Part shown: piece by piece, positions 57,493-64,000 of the stretch
Position numbering within the stretch: position 1 is the stretch's first letter
Layout of the letters: each line of letters begins with the position of its first letter
Assembly (NCBI RefSeq): GCF_037042905.1
Contig: NC_087245.1
Coordinates: forward strand, 16,990,001 to 17,054,000
Direction of reading: 5' to 3'
DNA from: Lytechinus pictus
Lineage: Eukaryota
Length of the DNA: 64,000 nt
The notes under the pieces: generated by a model
What the model was told of the DNA's origin: nothing
The model's input: only the letters and a program-made list of their open reading frames with translations
Databases searched by the model: none
Translations under genes and position numbers: made by a program

Positions 57493-60400
57493 ATGTCGGA
57501 TGTAAGTAGAAGAGGGGCGATATATGTCCACCGCAGTGACATGGAGTCGTTGAAGAATAACAATTACAGTACCAAGAACAGCAGGGAGAGTATTGGGGCT
57601 ATACCAAAAGCGAGTAGCTCCGATAGATTTCGAACTAAATCTGAAGATCAGGAAAGAAGAAGCAAGAGTACCATACCGTCAAGTGGGGTATGTAAAATGA
57701 ACAAAAATAATTTCATGGTGTCCATTTTTTTTAAGCCAGCCAGGCACCAGATATCACCCTGTTAATATTACTTTTGGTCTACAGCTTCTCCAAATGAATA
57801 TTGATGGCAATGTGATTGTGAAGAAGAAGAAGATGATGATCATGATGACGATGATGATAGAATAATAAATAGATGAATGAATAATAGATGGGTTTTTCCT
57901 TATATCAAAAAAATTGTGTTTTTACTTCCCTGAGAGTATTACATAATATACTATCTGGAGACAGAGGCTGATCCAGATGCCCCCCCCCCCCCCGCTCAAG
58001 GACTAATGGAATATTTGGTGTTTTTTTTTTAATAGATAATACAAGCTAGTGTGTAGGCCTTCGAAGTTTGGAGGAGGGGGCTCTTTCCCTGACCCTGGCG
58101 CCAAGAGGAGGCAATTATTGCCTAGTGATGTTTTTTATTATTATTATTTTGTGAAAATGAAGAAAAAGTTATGGACCTGCCCCCCCCCCCCCCCCCCGCC
58201 TCTCTGGTCAATCCTGGATCTTAATTTTAACCAGATAGATATCATGAATTAATAGGAAAATAGATTTATATCATGATATTCTTTTTCCTCAGCAAAGTCG
58301 TCGTGGAAGCGTAGCAACTGGTGGAAGGCGAGGCAGCACCATGGGCGACGGGTACCTCCGAAGAGGTAGCGTGCTACCGGAGACTGGCTCGGGAGGTCGA
58401 CGCCAGAGTACTGTTGACTACGGAAGGGGTCCAGCTTCCGGCAGGCGAGGGAGCAGCCACCCTGGAGATGGTGCATATAACCGGCGCGGTAGTCGAATGG
58501 ATGACATGTCATACTCTCCTCATCAGCGACGCAAGAAGAAATCAGCTGAACCCGAACCTGCACTCACCAAAGAGCAGGTTGAAGGTATTGTTTGAAAAGG
58601 GAGCATATCTTCAAAGAGATTTGGCAAATCTTTTATAATGTAATCATATTAATTGGAATGACATTCTCACATTGGAATCTTTAAAAATGTGTAATAATAT
58701 AATCAAAACTTATAATGAAAGTTCTATCGCTTTCATGGATTTATTCTTTCATAAAATATAATTATTTTAACAATTTTTGCCTAATTTCAACTATGAAATC
58801 GTCACAGCCAGGAGGGGATGGTCATTGAGCTGCTGTGTCTGTTGAGAATATTATAATTGGATTGGATTAGATGGGATTATATTTGATTAGATTATAGGTA
58901 ATGTTTAAATTGAGATGTTTGGAGGTTTTTAGTGAAAATTAACCAATGATGATTTTTCACAATCGTCTTGATGGGATTTAATTCATTTTTTTCTTCAGCT
59001 TTCCAAGAGGTGTTCGATCTCTTCGACAGCAATGGTGGAGGAACCATTGATGCAGATGAGCTTCAGCTAGCTTTGAGCTCTGTGGATATCCATCTACCCG
59101 CACAAGATATCCGAGATGTTCTGGAAGGGATCGACAAAGACGGTAAGATTTATTTACATTTTAGAAAGAACGTCAGTGCCAGACAATAAAGACTTATGCC
59201 ATTCTGTGAATATTCATAGCCAATCCAATTGCATTTATCTATTTATTTATCTTTTTGCAAAAACATGAACATAATGAAAAATGAAGATTATTGTCACGAT
59301 AAACATTCATTTAATTATGCTTGAAATAAAAAATAAAAAATCACAATATTAGGCCTATGAGCTGGAAACAAATTACCATCTAAAACCAACAGTTTTAGTC
59401 AATTATCAAGGTTAATTGCCAATTAATGCTTATAAATTATGTTGATTGTTTATTTGCAGGAAGTGGGGAAATTGACTTTGAAGAGTTTCTGACGCTGATG
59501 ACAAATACTGAAAAATTCCTTGAAACTGTTGGTAAGTATAACGAAATAATACCACAGTGATAGCATTGTTTATTATGATAGACCCATGATTTTAAAATGG
59601 GGGAGGGTGGCAAAGAAAGTTGATCGATTTGGTTTCGCATAGTTAGCCCGAAAATTGAGTTCTTACTGTCATGTAGTTGCCGCGAAAATTTTCACAGGAA
59701 AAATTCATTGCTCAAAAAAAGAGACCAAATTTATTATCGCTTCATATACGAGGGAGAGCACAAAAGATGAGAGGGGGGACTTCTGATCACAGGGTAGTGG
59801 CCGGGGCGAGGGGAGGGGGCATACATGCGCGCCTGTACTATTCCTACTTCTCATTGGCTGCGGAACGGTTTGAAAGTGGGAGGGGGGCTGACTATGCAAA
59901 AAATCATAACTAGATGGTTATTTTTACGTTTTTTGTACACGGTTTTGGAAAAAGAAAGTGCGGGGGCTGAGCCCCCGCAGCCCCCCCCCCCCCGTTTCTG
60001 CGGCCCCTGCTTCTCACACGCGGGGTAATGAGATAAAGGTTATTTATTATTCGCAAGGATGTTGCATCTTTTAATGATGCCTTTAACATGTAATTTTTAT
60101 CAAAATATGCTTTTCCATATTCATCATATTTACCATATTTATCAAAAAAAACATTTGTCTTGGATTTCAGCTTAGGTAAAAGAATCACAATTTCTCATAA
60201 TTCTATCTGCGTCAAATTTGATTCAAAATAATGTCAGTTGAAGGTCATGTCTATTTGATTTCCTAGTCAATTTTCAAAACAATGTTGCGTTATCAAATCA
60301 AAATTGACACACTGTAAAAAAATAATTATGAATCAGTAGTTAATATTTAATGAATATAAGTAGAATTTATAATTTGTAATTATTTTTCATTGTTTAAGTA

Positions 60401-63400
60401 GTTTTAACTTGTCTTTTAATTTACTTGATTTATTTGGGTTCAATATACATTTAAGAAAATTCACGTATTGCTGGCTTGCTTTGATTGAGTAAATCTAACT
60501 CAATTAGGCTGAGATGATTATTACTTATAAATTCTTGTTGAATGTACTTATATTTTTCAATTAACGCCCTATTCAAATAATGCATGAATATTCATTAGAC
60601 ATGTTAGAGCAAGTAATTGTTTGGGTTTTTTTTTTTAATAACTGTCATATCTGTTTGTGTTTGAATTTTTTCGGATAAGGGTGTGCTAACTTTTTAATTC
60701 TTTTCTTGAATCAAAGAAAGAGCAACATTAAATAGTCATTTAGCAGAAAATTTTAGATGTCTTTTAGGTTTTCGGAAAATGATTATATTGTTCTCACTGT
60801 TTTATCTGTAAGAATGAAACGATCGCGTATAAATATCAATGTAAGTATCTATATATGTAACAGGTAAGTGAAAATGGACAAAGTCTTATATTTGGATAAG
60901 ATGAAAATGATGCCACTTAAGTAAAAGTGGGACGATGGGGGAGCGGACTTTCGAATAACGAAAGTCTGAATTCGAATAACGAAAGTCCACTCCCCCATTT
61001 GATTTTTCAAACATTTTAGTGATTGTTTTACTAAATTGAATTAAGTTATTGTTACTTAATTTTCTAGAGTGAAATGGATGCAAAGAAAATAAGTAAAGTT
61101 TACTTAAAACTGCCAAACTCATAATACTTAAAAAAATTAAGGCAATCTGTTGAAACAATTTTATTGAGTAATTTCAACTATTTTTTTTACAGTGCAGGAA
61201 TCAAGTCACAATAGAGATTATGAAGAAATTTCACTCGGATAGCGTTCGCCCAAGCTGATGCAATTTCCGAATTCTCTATACATGTAGTAATGTTTTGAAA
61301 ATATTGGTCTATTTACATGCATTGTTTTACTGGTTATTGTGTATACCAATACTATGGTTTATCGTGTATACTACAAGAAGGGTGGATCCAGGGTATTGAC
61401 GGGCCATACAAAGTGCGCTAATTCCACTATTTAAAAACAACGAAGAACATACAAAAAATATATAAATGAATTTAAAATAAGGAATAATTATGCCTTTCAT
61501 GAGAAAAATCTCCGACTTCATGAAGCATGAAGTGACATATTTCCTCATACATGTCATAACAGTCTCTTCTGCCTCACCCCCTGGATCCGTCACTAGATAC
61601 AATATCTTCAAATGTATTTTTGAAAAAATTCTGACGAATTTTCTTCCTTTATCCAGCGGATAGCCATGACGAGCACGCTCTTGGGGAAGATGACGTAGCA
61701 GGGGGTCGCGAGACTGTTTTATTTGACGCCCTTACCAAGTTCATGAAGACCTCCGCTCTCAAACAAATGGATGTACTCGAAAGGTATAAACACTTTACGT
61801 CCTGTAATTCAAATGTAAAATGCACTTTTTCACATCCACAAAAAAGATAATATAGAACATTTATATAAACATTCCAATCGATACACGAGAAAACAATGCC
61901 GGAAATGGGTGGGGGAGGGGTGGGGGATTGCGCAATGCAGTGAATATGGTGAATAGGATATCAGCAAAGGCTAAAATATAAAATTGTGCTGAAAAGTTAG
62001 CATCCCAACTCAAATGCATTCCTTAAGTTCAGTAGCGGACCGTGACCCGAAGGAGACAAATGATTGGAGGGGCACTGTATTCTTTGTGAACAATGTTGTG
62101 CCCCTCCAATGCTTTGTCTCCTCGGATCACGGTCCGCCACTGCTGAAGTTCATGCCGAGTTTTGAATGTAGACGCCAAAACTACGTTCGGCGAGTCCTGA
62201 GAAACAAACGTTATTGAATGTAATTATGTTATCACCCTACTTCACAATTATATCTAAAACATGACAGAACTTAAGCACTTCAAATATGTTCATTTTTGGT
62301 GGGGTTCACTAACATTTTGAGCACCACTGTATGTCGAGGCGGATCCCCTCATTTTCAACATCTTGACAACAACTAACAACAGTTAAAGAAATTAACTTGT
62401 TCAGCGGTTACAAGTCTACTTGGAAGTTTTGTTTCCCTCTTTTTTTTATCAGATATTTCAATACCAAATACAAACGCGCCCAAGCCCCTCATGTTGTCAT
62501 GCATTACGCTGCTGGAGCAAGACTCATTGGCCTGACTGAAAAACAACTAGCTCAACATCTTGATCGCCTGCAGGAAAGCAATGAAGGCAAGTGCCACTGT
62601 TAAATTTTGTTTTCCCATTGTCATGATAAAAGGTAGGATCATTAAAAAAAAACATCAACTGAATTAAGAACTTTGAGGGCCTATTCCTAACAATTGTTTC
62701 TGCCGACTGGCGTGGTTCCGCCAATATATCAATACACTTTTCCAAAAAATACTATGCAGCTGTTTTATTCATCCATGACTACAGACTTAACATTTCATTC
62801 AGAGTCGACACTTTCCCTTTTTTAAATCGATGCTGAACACTTCATCACCGCGTATATATTCATATTGTGCACTACATAAAAAAAAAAAAAAAAAACAGGA
62901 CGTTTACAATGAAAACAGCCGTGTTGAAACTTAAACACCCCATCATTGACTTTTAGGGCCGGGGGTGTTGAAGGCAATAACACCATAAACCTATAACATC
63001 GGTGTATTTGAGATTCCTCTTTGTACATCGAAGGTCTGGTTTAACTTTACAAGTTTTGCATTGTCTAGAAAATTGATGCTAAAAAATCAACTCAGGTTGA
63101 TAGAAATAGATACTTTAATATCGGGGGAAAGTGACGATATTCTTGAAAAAAGGGTAATTATCTGAGTAGAATACAAAATAAATCTACCGGGTTTGTTTAC
63201 AATCTGGTATTTTTTCAATAGTAAAGATAAGTGTTCGTCTAATAAGATGGGCACAAATATTTGAAAAGTCCTAAATTTATTTGGTTAACTTCGGTTTCAA
63301 ATTCAATTAAAGATTAACCAACAACTTAAGAAAAATGAACACAAATGAAAGTTACTGCTTTTTATTAATGTCATCAAAGCTGGAAGATACAAAAAGGCAT

Positions 63401-63752
63401 GGCACATTTTATTAATTAAACGATATCAATACTTGAAGCATTATATAATTAATCCCTATTATCTATACCCCCTATAAAATCAATCTTTTTACCCCTTTCT
63501 ACGATGCTGAATCACCCAGAGTACGACTATAAGTCCCCCTACGCAGAACCTCTCAGAATCATGCTCGCTCCACAGCGAAACGTAAGGAAGAAGAAGAAGA
63601 AGAAGAAACGTATAAAGGATGAAACAGTGGATGTCCCTGATGAACGTCCTCGACTCACTGGAAAGATTCGAATTCGGGTTCACTTTAAGTCGGAAGATGA
63701 CAACACAACCAAGGTGGAGGAGAACAAAAAAGAGGAGGAACTTGTTAGTCAA
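57493..63752 (+). CDS. EF-hand calcium-binding protein of the EFCAB3/SPATA21-like family; continues beyond the window end
   Basis: Phase-consistent exons: 57493-57687, 58293-58584, 58999-59142 (AFQEVFDLFDSNGGGTIDADEL, EF-hand 1), 59460-59531 (DKDGSGEIDFEEFL, EF-hand 2), 61657-61783 (LFDALTKFMKTSAL), 62453-62586 (YAAGARLIGLTEKQL; GC donor), 63520-63752 (KSPYAEPLRIMLAP). The post-EF motifs resemble EFCAB3/SPATA21 from recall; no search was run. Confidence 0.85.
60310..61194. mobile_element. CACTA/CMC-like non-autonomous element
   Basis: TIR CACTGTAAAAAAA / TTTTTTTACAGTG with CA duplicated on both sides. Confidence 0.6.
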
Positions 63753-64000
63753 GTAAGAAGAATAATAATAAAAAAAAGTTTTAAGATTTGTTAGTGTCCC
63801 CCTCGATCTATGTCATATTTGTAGAGCAGGTTTATCTAAAAGGGTGGCAGTTGTGGGGTTGAAGGACAAGTTCCCCCCGGTTTTTTTTGTGTGGACCCCT
63901 TCCCCAGATATTTAAAAAAAAAGTGTAAAGTAACGATTAGAACACTTCATCGAAACTTACAGATTTTGATATTGTAATATTGCAATTTTCTTCCCATTCT

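Overview
AT-rich, intron-rich animal genomic DNA, probably sea urchin (inferred from repeat style and gene content). I reconstructed three multi-exon protein genes by hand from splice signals and reading-frame phase. (1) A secreted proteinase K-like S8 subtilase with an I9-type propeptide and a C-terminal CUB domain (minus strand, 23931 to <2368; runs off the window). (2) TMEM237, a ciliary transition-zone gene (minus strand, 15 coding exons, 54606-31156, about 495 aa). (3) An EFCAB3/SPATA21-like EF-hand gene (plus strand, 57493 to >63752), head-to-head with TMEM237. The main finding is 11 almost identical copies of a 91-nt box C/D snoRNA recognisable as U14 (SNORD14), all sense to TMEM237 and one per intron. 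Two copies lie downstream of the stop codon in apparent 3'-UTR introns. The copies have copy-specific compensating terminal stems, and their internal changes avoid the boxes and 18S-pairing domains. The remainder is largely non-autonomous DNA transposons (hAT-like, piggyBac-like, CACTA-like, Harbinger-like, DINE/Helentron-like), several with intact TSDs and nesting.
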